64,000 nt of DNA from an uncultured Gemmatimonadales bacterium (GCA_963739455.1 CAVUAK010000001.1:2521338-2585337), one strand, 5' to 3'; numbered from the stretch's first letter, positions 10,052 to 20,700 are shown. Numbers and translations are program-made. Notes: generated by a model from the letters alone, not told the origin.

Positions 10052-10429
10052 TTAATCCTGACTCGCACCCTCGCGCCGCTGTGCGATATGCCAAAGTACC
10101 CCGGAGGGATCCACCACGTACGAGACCTGCAGGCCCCACGGTTGCATCGCTGGAGCGCGTGGAGCAGGCACTCCAAACTGTCCACGCAAATCAAGACCCT
10201 CGATGTGCGCCCACCACGCGGTCAGGTCATCCACCATCAGCTGCATCATGATCTTCCCGTCCAGGTCGTCGTGATAGGAGTCTGTGAGGAGGAAGCCGCC
10301 AGAGCCACCGGCGAAGATCGTGACGTCGTCACCGTCCACGAGCTTTCTGAAGCCAAGTGCTTCATAGAACCGGGCTGAGAGCACACGGTCCTTGCAGGGA
10401 AGAAAGGGACGAATGAGCTCTGATCCCAT
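10052..10429 (-). CDS. VOC/glyoxalase family protein
   Basis: RPFLPCKD...SARFYEALGF, QPWG and VDPSGVLWHI motifs. Confidence 0.85.
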   Translation of the reverse strand: MGSELIRPFLPCKDRVLSARFYEALGFRKLVDGDDVTIFAGGSGGFLLTDSYHDDLDGKIMMQLMVDDLTAWWAHIEGLDLRGQFGVPAPRAPAMQPWGLQVSYVVDPSGVLWHIAQRREGASQD

Positions 10430-10489
10430 ACGGTGCTCCGTGGTGTGGTCAACAACTGACTGCGATCACATCGACTTCGATCAGGTAGC

Positions 10490-13272
10490 CTACTGCTTCA
10501 GCTTCGCCCGCACCTCCGTCGAACAACCCTTGCACGACCACGAGTGTCGGGGTGCCGGCCATCTCCTTCCACATGTAGTTGCGCACCATGAGAAACTGCC
10601 GGTCGTCAGGCGTGATCGCAAAAGTGCCCCCGATCGCCGATCCCGCGCGGATTCCGTCTGGGATCGTGAACAAGACCCGCGGTGGTTCAGCCGTGAAGCG
10701 CGGACCCGGATGGATCGTCACCACATTCATTTTTCCGTTCGCTACGTAGAACAACTCGCGCCCATTGTGCGCCCACAGTGGAGCGCTGCCTCCGCCGCTC
10801 GAGACTTGCCACTTGCCACCGCTCACATCCGGAAACGGGCGGACGAACACCTCGTTCGCACCCTGTTCGTTCGAGACGTAGGCGATCCAGCGGGAATCCG
10901 GCGACAGCGCCGCGCCCGACGCATCGGATCCCGCCGGCACGATCCTGCGCGCCAGGCTGTCCACACCCGGTTGTGCCGCGAGAAGTTCCCTCTGTGCCGG
11001 GGCCTCTTTCTGCCTGGTTGCGCCGAGCAGGAGCCAGTGCCCGTCAGGACTCAAGGACGCGTCGGTCGGGTTGTCCTTTCCCCAGAGGAGCCGGGGTTCG
11101 CCGGCGCCGTCAATCGCCTGCTCCCAGACGTTGAACGTGTTCACCTTCCCAGTCGATTCGCTCGAGATGGGCCGGTCGGACAGAAACGTGACCGCACGGC
11201 CGTCGGGCGTCCACGCGGGCGATCGGTCCGCGCCGGCATACAGTGTGAGCCGCGACAGCGGTCCCGCGGGGACCTGCTTGATCCAGATATCGGTACCACG
11301 ATCCGTCAACAGGGTGAGCGCGATGCGACGTCCGTCCGGCGACAGTGCCAGTCCCCACTCAGTCTCCATATCCATGGGCCCGTAGCTGCCGCCCGTATTC
11401 ACCTGCCACGTGGAATCCACCGGCTCGACGTGCCCGGTGCGATCCACCCACACGACAACCGCATTGGGCAGTGGGCCCGGCGCGAATTCCGGGCGCCCGA
11501 GGAGGTAGTACGCGGTTCCTTCGTGAGAGACGAGGAACCCCGGAGCCTGAATCCCGTCCAGGATGGGCACCGGTCGCCCCGCGGGGGCGAGCGCCGAGTT
11601 GTCCCATGGCGCGGCCATGAGAGTGCCAGCGCTGGTCAGGTAGAGCAGGTGTCCGGTGGGGATGTACCAGGCGCCGACGGCGTCCTCTACGATCAAGCGA
11701 ACAGTATCCTGCCGCGCGTCGTACACGTACGCGCGGCTCGGACGACAGCTGACCGCTCCCACGCACTGCGTGAGATGGGCCGTGAACAGGACGCCGCGGG
11801 AGGAAGGAAGCGGCGAGGGTAACCACGGGAATCGCCCGTCAAGCGTCGCGGGTGACGCGATGACCTTCGATGTGACGTCTCCGGCCCCGAGGCGGCGAAG
11901 CGCGTGGATCGAGATGTCGTAGTAGACGATCGAACCGTCTTCCAGCCATGCCCCGCGGTTGAAAAATGCGTTGACGGAATCGGCCAGCTTGAGGGAGGTG
12001 CCGCCCGTGCTTGGGATGCGCCGCAGTTGTCCGTTTGCAACGAATCCGATCCATGCTCCGTCGGGGGAGAAGAAAGGTCCCGAGCCACCTTCCGTGCCGG
12101 CCAGCGGTCGCGCGACGACCTCGTCACGGCGCTTGACGTAGAGTTGGCCAGGCCCCGTCAGCGGGCTGCGGAACACCAGGGACGCTCCGTCGGGTGAGAG
12201 CGCCGCCTCGACTGCCAGCGTAAGTCCATCGAGGGCACCGGACGCGCCAAGCGTCGTCGGATAGCGAGCGACGGACGTCGTGCGACCCGGGCGAAGCCAG
12301 CCCCAGGCGGCCAGCACGACGGTCAGCAGGGTGACGGCCAGCAGGGCAGGCAAGGCGACCCGTCGGGACGCCCCGCCGGCAGTACCCATGGCGGTGGCCG
12401 TCGCGGGCCAGGTGAAGGCCGGATTGCGAAGCGCTTCGGCAAGCGCCTTCGCGCTGTCAAAGCGGTCGGCCGGGATCTTCTCCAATGCCCTGGCGACCGC
12501 TGCCGCGACATGCGGCGGCACCGCCTTGCGCAACTCCCTGATCGGTCGGGCCACGTCCGACACGATCTTCAGGATGATCGCCTGCACCGACGGACCGGTG
12601 TGCGGAGGGTCACCCATCAGCATTTCGTACAGGACAGCGCCGAGCGAGTAGATGTCGGAGCGGTTGGTGATATGCGTGTCCGCCGTCGCCTGCTCGGGTG
12701 ACATGTAGTGCGGCGTGCCCAGCGACAACCCCGTCTCCGTCATCCGGCCGCCGGCCGCGGCGCTCACCGCCAGCGCAATGCCGAAGTCCGCGACGATACG
12801 CGCGACCGTTGCGCAGGAGGATGTTCTCGGGCTTGATGTCCCGGTGGATGACACCCTGGTCGTGCGCGTACTGCAATGCGTCCGCGACCTCGGTGGCAAT
12901 GTTCACCGCCTCGTCGACGCCGAGCTGCTGCTCGCGATCGAGCTTCTCCCTGAGCGTCTCCCCTTCCACGTACGGCATGACGTAGTACAGGAGTCCCGCA
13001 CCGCCGCGTCTGCCGCGGCCGTGCTGCCGCTGTCGTACAACGGCAGAATGTGCGGGTGCTGGAGTCGCGCGGTGGTCTTGATCTCCTGCAGGAACCGGTC
13101 GGCGCCGATCACGGACCCCGAGTTCGGGCCGCAGCACCTTCAGCGCCACCTTGCGGTCGTGCTTCAGGTCCTCGGCGAGGTAGACGGTGGCCATGCCGCC
13201 TTCGCCAAGGCGGCGCTCGATGCGGTAACGGTCGACGAGGGCAGCGGAGAGGCGGTCGGTGATGTCAGCCAT
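10490..13272 (-). CDS. Ser/Thr protein kinase with TM segment and PD40/WD40-like propeller, frameshifted
   Basis: GEGGMATVY, HRDIKPEN, DFG, GTPHYMSPEQ and repeated SPDG motifs across three or more frames. Confidence 0.9.
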
Positions 13273-13316
13273 CGTTGACCAAATATTCAGCTCGCCTACC
13301 CATGCAGATCCATCTT

Positions 13317-14108
13317 CTATTCGGCTCCGAGAAAGCGCTCGACGATCTCCGGCAGCATCGGATCGACCGCGAGCGTGTAGTGGGTGGTACCCGGCACGAT
13401 GGCGAGCTGGCTTGCCGGCCTGAGTGAGCCATCGAGCCCGGCATCGCGCTGGCCACCGCCCAACGCCTTCCAGAACTCGACCATGTGTTCCGGCCGCATG
13501 GCGTCAGCGTCCGCAAAGACCAGCAGTGTGCGAGCCTGAACCTTGGCGACGTCGGCGCTCCAATCATAGGGGCGGCTGGTCATTTCACCGACCTTGCTGA
13601 AAAGGTTCGTCCAATCGACATCGGGATAGGCCTGGCCCAGCGGCGATGCCTTGACGCCCGGCCCGTACGTGGCGGCGTTGGCCTGCAGCTGATCGAAGGC
13701 CGCCTGCCCCTCGGGATAGAAGCCCCCCTTGCTCATCGCCCCGGACACGAGCACCAGCCGGTCCACCACGTCCGGATGGCGGATGGCCGTCTGCAGCGCG
13801 ACACCGGAGCCCAGCGAGAAGCCCATGACATCGGCCTTGCCGAGGTTGAGATGGCCGATCAAAATGGCCACATCGTCACCCAGCGTTTCAGAACGTAGTG
13901 GCCTGTCGGTATCTGGCGTCCGCCCGTGCGCCTGGAGATGGACGGCGATCACCTGCCGGCCCCTGGCCAGTGCGTCCCGGTTGTCCCCGAAGCTGTCCGG
14001 GGTGATGCCCCCGTGAAGGAGAATCAGCGGCTTGCCGGCGCCGTGCACGCTGTAGAAGATGTGCTGGCCATTGACGTCGGCAAAAGTCGCATTCGATATC
14101 GCGCTCAC
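13317..14108 (-). CDS. Alpha/beta hydrolase
   Basis: LILLHGG, GFSLG nucleophile elbow, C-terminal TTHY. Confidence 0.9.
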   Translation of the reverse strand: MSAISNATFADVNGQHIFYSVHGAGKPLILLHGGITPDSFGDNRDALARGRQVIAVHLQAHGRTPDTDRPLRSETLGDDVAILIGHLNLGKADVMGFSLGSGVALQTAIRHPDVVDRLVLVSGAMSKGGFYPEGQAAFDQLQANAATYGPGVKASPLGQAYPDVDWTNLFSKVGEMTSRPYDWSADVAKVQARTLLVFADADAMRPEHMVEFWKALGGGQRDAGLDGSLRPASQLAIVPGTTHYTLAVDPMLPEIVERFLGAE

Positions 14109-14605
14109 GTCGCGCCCAGGGTGGCGAGAAGCTCGTCCAGTTGCTCGTACGTCTGTGCCATCGCATCCGACGCCCCGTCGCCGGCGTCGAGCGCTTCCTT
14201 CGAGGGATACATCTGGCGCATGACCAGCAGCGTCTTGCCGCCCGTTTCCGCGAAGGTCACGGTCGTGATGGGGCCCTCGTCACTTTCCGCATTGGTCCAG
14301 ACGAGGCGCGAGTGCGGCACTACCTCCGTGTACGTGCCGAAGAACGCCATCGTTGAGTCCCCGTGTGCGAACACCAGGCGGTATGTGCCCCCCACACGAA
14401 CATCCAGTTCGCATGAAAGCAGGGACATTCCCATCCACTTCGGCACCCACCACTGCCGGAACAGCTCGGCCTTGGTCCACGCCTCCCACACGAGGCGCGC
14501 CGGCCCGTTGACAGTCCGCGTCACCACGACTTCACGCTCGGACGTCCGCTCCACCGTCGTGCGATTCTTCATCGGGGCAACCTCAGTCTCTCTTCTTGCG
14601 TCCAT
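14105..14605 (-). CDS. SRPBCC/AHSA1-like domain protein
   Basis: VWEAWT, DVRVGGTY and HSRLVWT motifs. Confidence 0.9.
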   Translation of the reverse strand: MDARRETEVAPMKNRTTVERTSEREVVVTRTVNGPARLVWEAWTKAELFRQWWVPKWMGMSLLSCELDVRVGGTYRLVFAHGDSTMAFFGTYTEVVPHSRLVWTNAESDEGPITTVTFAETGGKTLLVMRQMYPSKEALDAGDGASDAMAQTYEQLDELLATLGAT

Positions 14606-14948
14606 GGACCTTCTCCTTCCGTTTTAGCTCCTCAACCACCTTGTCCAGCTCGTCGAAGCGCGCGTCCCAGAGCCGGCGGTATCTCTCGAGCCATGCAGCT
14701 TCCTCCTCCAGTCGCCGCGGGCCGAGCCGGCAGGTCCGGACGCGCCCGACCTTCTCCGTGCTGACCAGCCCCGCCTGCTCCAGGACGCCGACATGCTTCT
14801 TCATGCCCGTGAGGGTCATGCGGAATTTGTCGGCAAGGTCCGTGATTGAGGCGTCTGAACGCCCGAGCTGCTCCAGGACCCCACGACGGGTGGCATCGGA
14901 GAGCGCGGCGAACGAGCCATCGAAGCGGGTCTGTGTATACTGAACCAT
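14583..14948 (-). CDS. ArsR/SmtB family transcriptional regulator
   Basis: FAALSDATRRGVL, KHVGVLEQAGLV and KVGRVR motifs. Confidence 0.92.
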   Translation of the reverse strand: MVQYTQTRFDGSFAALSDATRRGVLEQLGRSDASITDLADKFRMTLTGMKKHVGVLEQAGLVSTEKVGRVRTCRLGPRRLEEEAAWLERYRRLWDARFDELDKVVEELKRKEKVHGRKKRD

Positions 14949-14964
14949 ATGGTTCAGTATACAC
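14933..14964. promoter_or_regulatory. Perfect 32-bp palindrome over the ArsR start codon (probable autoregulatory operator)
   Basis: GTGTATACTGAACCAT|ATGGTTCAGTATACAC. Confidence 0.8.
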
Positions 14965-15010
14965 GCGCCGAAGTAGCACGCAAGGGGGAAGGGGGGCGCT
15001 GGCGGAAACG

Positions 15011-15658
15011 CTAAAGCCTGGTATTACCCGCCTGCCACTTCACGGACAGTTCTATCCCGTTGCCGATGGGCAGCAGGGACGTCTGCATCCCGGGCAACTC
15101 CCGGACGGCGGCGCGATAACGCCTGATCTCATCGCGCCACACCGCAGGCTCGATCATGTTGTCGGCGACGAGGATGCCTTCATCTGCCAGCTTCGGATAG
15201 ACAGCTTTCAGGCAAGGCACATACAGATCCTTCCAGATGTCCAGCAGCACCACGTCAAAGGAGCCGGGGTCGGCAGGGATCATTTCGACCGCATCGCCCA
15301 ATCGAAAGTCAACAACGCTCGACAGTCCCGCCCGCTCGATCGCCTTCCTGGCGTAGGCTTGCTTGTAGTCGGCCAGTTCCATCGTGACGAGCGACGCGCC
15401 CACCTGCCTGGCCGCATCAGCAAGAAATAGCGTTGAGTACCCGTAGCTCGTACCGAGCTCGAGGATCCGGCGTGGGCGCTTGGCAGCGACCAGGCTGTGC
15501 AGGAAGGCTCCAACTTCCGGGCCGACCGCCAGCAGGAATTCGTCGATCCGCCCGAAGAAGGCATCTCCAAGGGCTTTCGCTTTCTCCTCCTCCTCCGCCA
15601 TGCGACGTTCGTAGTCAGCAAAGACCTGGGCAACAACGGAATCGGAGAAGACGGTCAC
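15011..15658 (-). CDS. O-methyltransferase (SAM-dependent)
   Basis: ILELGTSYGYST, FDVVLLD and LVADN motifs. Confidence 0.9.
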   Translation of the reverse strand: MTVFSDSVVAQVFADYERRMAEEEEKAKALGDAFFGRIDEFLLAVGPEVGAFLHSLVAAKRPRRILELGTSYGYSTLFLADAARQVGASLVTMELADYKQAYARKAIERAGLSSVVDFRLGDAVEMIPADPGSFDVVLLDIWKDLYVPCLKAVYPKLADEGILVADNMIEPAVWRDEIRRYRAAVRELPGMQTSLLPIGNGIELSVKWQAGNTRL

Positions 15659-16320
15659 GTGGGAATCCTTTCGTGGAGAGCGATCGCTGGATTCTCGATG
15701 AGGTTCAACCCGGGCCTGTCCTCCGCGGCGGCGGCCACGAGTGCCGCTGCCACGTCCCGCGCGTGCACCGGCCGATACTTGCGCGGGAAGGCCCAGGACA
15801 ACCGCTTGGCCAATTCCTCCGTCAACCGAAATTCCTTCCGGTCACCCAGCAGCAGCGACGGACGCACGACGGTGACGGAGCGGAAGCCGAGGCCCTCGAT
15901 GGCGACCTCGAGTTCGCCCTTCACCCGCAGGTAGAAACTGCGCGACGCAGGGTTGGCGTCGACGCTGCTGACCAGGAGGAAGTGGCGTACGCCGGCGGCC
16001 AGGGCGAGTTCCGCCGCGCGCAAGGGGTACTCAAAGTCGACCTGGCGGAAGCGGTCCTGGCTGCCGGCCTGCTTGATGGTGGTGCCCAGGGCGCAGAACA
16101 GGTGGGTGGCCTGGAAGACGTCCGGCCGGGCATCAAGCCGGTCGAAGTCGACCAGCTCCGTCTTCACCTTCGCGGCCACAAGGTCGGAGGGGAGCGCTCG
16201 GCGGGCCAGCGCGGTGACGCGCTCAAACCCTGGATGTGCCGCGAGCTGCCGGATACACTCGCCGCCCACCAACCCGGTAGCACCGATGACGATGGCGGAG
16301 CTTCCTCCTGGCACGACCAT
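15655..16320 (-). CDS. NAD(P)-binding oxidoreductase, TIP30/YraR-like atypical SDR
   Basis: GATGLVG, FCALGTT, YLRVKGELE and RPSLLLG motifs. Confidence 0.88.
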   Translation of the reverse strand: MVVPGGSSAIVIGATGLVGGECIRQLAAHPGFERVTALARRALPSDLVAAKVKTELVDFDRLDARPDVFQATHLFCALGTTIKQAGSQDRFRQVDFEYPLRAAELALAAGVRHFLLVSSVDANPASRSFYLRVKGELEVAIEGLGFRSVTVVRPSLLLGDRKEFRLTEELAKRLSWAFPRKYRPVHARDVAAALVAAAAEDRPGLNLIENPAIALHERIPT

Positions 16321-16401
16321 GTGTATTCCTCTGCGCTCCATCGAGGTTGAACTCCGCGGTATCGGGAACGTAACTTAGACACTCACATCTTCCCGGCGCC
16401 C

Positions 16402-18285
16402 ATGGTCTCCCGACGCGACTTGCTCCGCGTCCTCGCCGCTGTGCCGCTGCTTCGGCTGCCGGCCTGGCGTCCTGGCGCTCCCCCCGCCGCGCTCAGCGCA
16501 TCGCCCTTTCCGCTCGGACAGGTGCGACTCGGCGCCGGTGAATGGGCCGATGCGCTCGACGTCAACCGCCGCTATCTCCTCTCACTCGACCCCGACCGCC
16601 TGCTCTACAGCTTCCGCACCACCGCGGGCCTGAGTACCAGCGCAATACCCTACGGCGGTTGGGAGGCCCCCGACAATGAGCTCCGCGGCCACTTCGTCGG
16701 GCACTATCTCTCGGCCTGTGCCCTCCTGGGGTCGCGCACCGGCGAGCAGGACGTTGCCGCGCGCGGGGCGCTCATGGTGTCCGGACTGGCCACCTGCCAG
16801 CAGGCCAACGGCGACGGCTACCTCAGCGCCTTTCCCGTGGCGTTCTTCGACCGCCTCCGTAACTCCGGCCGTGTGTGGGCGCCGTTTTACACCTGGCACA
16901 AGCTGATGGCCGGCATGCTCGACTCCTACACCCTCACGGGTAACCGCACGGCGCTCGGCGTGGCGGAGGGGATGGCGGGGTGGACCAGTCGCTGGATGGC
17001 GACCCTGGATGCCACGGCGCAGCAGAAGATGCTCAACGTTGAGCACGGCGGCATGGTGGCCACGCTCTACGACCTGGGCGACGCCACCGGCAAGACGGAG
17101 TACTACGCGCTGGGCGACCAGTTCCGGCACCAGCGCATCCTGGCGCCGATGGCGGCAGGGCGCGACGAACTGGCGGGCGTCCACGGCAACACGACGATCC
17201 CCAAGGTCATCGGCGAGGGTTGTCGCTACGATGCGATCGGCGACGCCGAGTCGCGGCGAATCTGCGAGTACTTCTGGGAGGATGTAGCGCAGCACCGGTC
17301 GTACGCCACCGGCGGAACGACCTCGGGCGAGGGATGGGTGGGCAAGCCGGACGAGCTGGCGGCCTCGCTCAGCCAGGAGACCGAGGAGACCTGCGTGAGC
17401 TACAACATGCTCAAGCTCACGCGGCAGCTCTTCGGCTGGTCGCCCGATGCGCGCTACGCCGATTTCTACGAGCGACTGCTGCTCAACGGCATCCTGGGTA
17501 CCCAGCACCCGGCGGACGGCCAGAAGCTCTATTACCTGCCCCTGGCCTCGGGCTACTGGAAGCTCTTCGGCACGCCGGGCCAGGACTTCTGGTGTTGCCA
17601 CGGCACCGGGGTGGAGAACTTCGCCAAGGCGGGCGACAGCATCTACTTCCACGACGACGCGGGCCTCTGGGTCAATCTCTACATCCCCTCGGAGCTGCGC
17701 TGGCCCGAGCGCGGACTCACGCTCACGCAAACGACCGGCTTCCCGGAGCTCGACCACATCACGCTCACCGTGCAGGCGCCGACCCCGGTGCGGCTCGCGC
17801 TGCGGCTCCGGATCCCGTATTGGGCCGCCGGAGCGACGGTGGAACTGAACGGCCGGCCAGTGCCGGGTCCGCACCAGCCGGCGAGCTACACCGTGATCGA
17901 CCGCACCTGGCGCACCGGCGACCGGGTGGAGTTGCGGCTCCCCATGGCGCTCCACTCGGCGCCGATGCCGGACGATCCCTCGCTGCTCGCGATCATGTAC
18001 GGCCCGCTGGTGCTCGCCGGCCGGCTGGGGACCGCCGGGATCACCGAGGCCAATCGCCGCGCCGGCCCGACGGCGCCGTATACCGTGCCCGAGTTCCGCG
18101 ATCCCGACCTCCCGCCGGCGCCGGTGCTGCGCGGCGATGCCGGGAACCTCGCGCGCTGGATCCGGCCGACCGGCCGGCCGCTCGAATTCCAGGTCACGGG
18201 ACAGGAGACCGACTACACCCTTGTCCCGTTCTCCCGTCTGTTCGATGAGCGCTACGCCGTGTACTGGACTGTCCGCCCCGCCTGA
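16402..18285 (+). CDS. Tat-exported GH127/GH146 beta-L-arabinofuranosidase-like glycoside hydrolase
   Basis: SRRDLL twin-arginine signal; GGWE, LRGHFVGHYLSA, ETCVSYNMLK and FWCCHGTG motifs. Confidence 0.88.
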   Translation: MVSRRDLLRVLAAVPLLRLPAWRPGAPPAALSASPFPLGQVRLGAGEWADALDVNRRYLLSLDPDRLLYSFRTTAGLSTSAIPYGGWEAPDNELRGHFVGHYLSACALLGSRTGEQDVAARGALMVSGLATCQQANGDGYLSAFPVAFFDRLRNSGRVWAPFYTWHKLMAGMLDSYTLTGNRTALGVAEGMAGWTSRWMATLDATAQQKMLNVEHGGMVATLYDLGDATGKTEYYALGDQFRHQRILAPMAAGRDELAGVHGNTTIPKVIGEGCRYDAIGDAESRRICEYFWEDVAQHRSYATGGTTSGEGWVGKPDELAASLSQETEETCVSYNMLKLTRQLFGWSPDARYADFYERLLLNGILGTQHPADGQKLYYLPLASGYWKLFGTPGQDFWCCHGTGVENFAKAGDSIYFHDDAGLWVNLYIPSELRWPERGLTLTQTTGFPELDHITLTVQAPTPVRLALRLRIPYWAAGATVELNGRPVPGPHQPASYTVIDRTWRTGDRVELRLPMALHSAPMPDDPSLLAIMYGPLVLAGRLGTAGITEANRRAGPTAPYTVPEFRDPDLPPAPVLRGDAGNLARWIRPTGRPLEFQVTGQETDYTLVPFSRLFDERYAVYWTVRPA

Positions 18286-18310
18286 TCTTCCCGCATCACC
18301 GGAGTGCACC

Positions 18311-19975
18311 GTGGCCGACGGAACCATCACACCGCTCCGCTCGACCGATGACGTCTTCCTGCCGCCCCGCGGCAACGAGTTCATGAAGTTCAGCTTCGGC
18401 TTCCCGGAGCCATCGGTGGAGTTTGCCGGCTATCGCTTCGGGTTCCTCGTCTTCAGCGACGAGAACACCTACGGCCTCCAAGCCGACGCGATGACCGTGA
18501 CTCCGGTGGCCGGCGGGCTGCAGCTGCACTGCAGCCGCTTCGTCTGGGCCGGCGGCCAGGAAACGGCGCCCGGCAGCCTCACGGTGACGTTCCACCGCGA
18601 GGGAAACGCCATCGAGTGGGACATCGTTGCCATGATGGACCGCCCGGTGAAGACGGTCACGACGGTCATCCGCGGCATCCCCCGCGGGCTGGTCTCGCTC
18701 GGCGCGGGTGACGCCCGGGACCGGAAGGACGACGAGATCCTCGCCGGGTATCCCTTTGCCGCCGGTGACCTGCACGGTCCCGGAGCTGCCGAGGTGATCA
18801 GCACCCCGGTCATGGCGGTGCAGGGGGAGAATGGAAGCGTTGTCGCGGTATCGTCGCTCGACTCGCGCGTGCGGCCCAAGCGATTCTATCTGCAGCCGGG
18901 GGCGGAGGGCTACCGGGTCGAGGCGATCTACGAGCACGACGCCTGGCGCAACGATCACCAGGTGCCGGTGCCCCGCTGGCGGCTGGTCCGCGCCCCGACC
19001 ATGGACGATGCGCTCGCACCGCATTTCACCTTCCTGCAACAGGCCTTCCAGCTCGTTCCGTGGAGCGAGCGCGCCGACCTGCCGGCCTGGGCCCGGGACA
19101 TCGCCCTGGTCGTCACGCTCCACGGCATGCACTACACCGGCTACATGTTCAACGACTACGCCGGCATGTTGGAAATCCTGCGGTGGATGGCGACGCTGAT
19201 CGCGCCGTCACGCGTGCTGGTCTTTCTTCCCGCCTGGGACGGCCGGTACTACTACGACTATCCCACCTATCACACCGCCGAGCGGATGGGTGGGGAAGCG
19301 GGCTTCCGCCAGCTCGTCACCGAGGCGCGGCGCCTCGGCTATCACGTGGCACCGATGTTCGGGCTCAACGCGGCCAACCGGCGGCTCCCCAGCTGGCCCG
19401 CCATTCAGGGCGGGGCGGTGACCAAGGTCGACGGCGACGTATACAATCTCAATTGGGTGGACTGGAACAACGACCGGCACCAGGATGGATGGCTCGCGTA
19501 CATGAACGTGGGTGAGGTCAGTTGGCGCGAGTATCTCCTTGCCCGGATCGATGAGGTGATCGTCCGCTATGGCGTCGACGCCTACTTCCTCGACATTTCC
19601 GCCGGGCACGTGAATGCGCGCAACGGCGACATGCACCTCGGTACACGCCAGCTGGTGCAGGAGCTCCGCCTCCGCCATCCCGATGTGCTCTGCATCGGCG
19701 AATTTCCCTACGACGCCCTCCACGGTTTCATCCCGATGTTCCAGGTGGGGCTCGGCCCGCGCTGGCAGGTGTACTCCCGCAACTTCCAGCATCTCAGCAG
19801 CCCTGCGCCCGGCCTCGGCTCCAGCGGCGTGCACGAGCAGGGGTTCGGTCATTTCGATCCGGCGACGTACAATCTTTCGCCGGGCACGATCCCGACGCTG
19901 CAGGTGGTGGACGACACGTTCGGGACGCAGCGGGAGGCGATGGAGAGCATCATTCGAGCGGCGGCGCGGCGGTGA
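18311..19975 (+). CDS. Hypothetical protein, possibly a TIM-barrel glycoside hydrolase
   Basis: Long ORF after GH127; WDGRYY and YGVDAYFLD motifs. Confidence 0.7.
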   Translation: MADGTITPLRSTDDVFLPPRGNEFMKFSFGFPEPSVEFAGYRFGFLVFSDENTYGLQADAMTVTPVAGGLQLHCSRFVWAGGQETAPGSLTVTFHREGNAIEWDIVAMMDRPVKTVTTVIRGIPRGLVSLGAGDARDRKDDEILAGYPFAAGDLHGPGAAEVISTPVMAVQGENGSVVAVSSLDSRVRPKRFYLQPGAEGYRVEAIYEHDAWRNDHQVPVPRWRLVRAPTMDDALAPHFTFLQQAFQLVPWSERADLPAWARDIALVVTLHGMHYTGYMFNDYAGMLEILRWMATLIAPSRVLVFLPAWDGRYYYDYPTYHTAERMGGEAGFRQLVTEARRLGYHVAPMFGLNAANRRLPSWPAIQGGAVTKVDGDVYNLNWVDWNNDRHQDGWLAYMNVGEVSWREYLLARIDEVIVRYGVDAYFLDISAGHVNARNGDMHLGTRQLVQELRLRHPDVLCIGEFPYDALHGFIPMFQVGLGPRWQVYSRNFQHLSSPAPGLGSSGVHEQGFGHFDPATYNLSPGTIPTLQVVDDTFGTQREAMESIIRAAARR

Positions 19976-20006
19976 GTCGATTCAGGAGCGCACAATATAC
20001 GGACGT

Positions 20007-20420
20007 CTAGTCTTCAATTATTGGAGCGCCGTTCTTCAAGGCCAGGTCGATTTGTTCTCTAGCCGCTTTGATCTCGTCAGGAGGATGTCCCTCCCAATCC
20101 TTTACTTCAGCCACCACCTTGAAACCCTTCTGTGCTCGAAAGGAGTTCGTCGGATTGCCGGGAAACTTCTTGTCGGTAAGGTTCGGATCGTTCTCAATCG
20201 TACCCATGGGCTCAACGACGTAGATCCTGCCGGGCCCATCGCCTACAGCCAGTTCCGCTCCCCAAATTGCCACATTCAAGTTCGACGACGCATAAACAAA
20301 CTTTGCCTTCCGTTCGCCGTAATTGGCATCATTTCCGGGGACGATAAGATCTCCGATGCCGAGATGGCATTTGGTGCCGTGAAAATAGCTTTGAATGAAA
20401 TTGGGATGTTGGTCTGTCAC
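20007..20420 (-). CDS. arr: NAD(+)-rifampin ADP-ribosyltransferase
   Basis: YFHGTK, AIWGAELAVGDGPGRIYVVEP, ENDPNLTDKKFPGNPTNSFR and WEGH motifs; GTG start at 20420. Confidence 0.9.
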   Translation of the reverse strand: MTDQHPNFIQSYFHGTKCHLGIGDLIVPGNDANYGERKAKFVYASSNLNVAIWGAELAVGDGPGRIYVVEPMGTIENDPNLTDKKFPGNPTNSFRAQKGFKVVAEVKDWEGHPPDEIKAAREQIDLALKNGAPIIED

Positions 20421-20429
20421 GTTGTCACC

Positions 20430-20515
20430 CTGAAGACAAAATTGGGCCAGCCCGGGCGCGCGAGGGTCCGGTGGGACCCCGATTCGCGCTTGATGCTCCA
20501 GCCGAGCCGCAACCG
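20430..20515 (-). pseudogene. hicA: Internal hicA fragment
   Basis: RLGWSIKRESGSHRTLARPGWPNFVF, near-identical to the intact hicA at about 23055-23135. Confidence 0.8.
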
Positions 20516-20700
20516 CCAAGAGCGCCGCCATCTCTCCCGGACCCGACTGGCGTGCCAACGAAACGTCAATGATCCAGGTGGGCGGCTCGGTGTGTGCCGC
20601 GATGGCCACATCAGCCCACTCCACCGCGCGGCTCACGGGTATCCAGCCCCATCGAATGCCGAGGTGTAGCTGAGCTGGCTCGGACTTGAGCGAGTCTGCT
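20515..20700 (-). pseudogene. Remnant of an unrelated hypothetical ORF
   Basis: LHLGIRWGWIPVSRAVEWADVAIAAHTEPPTWIIDVSLA, truncated by the hicA fragment. Confidence 0.45.
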
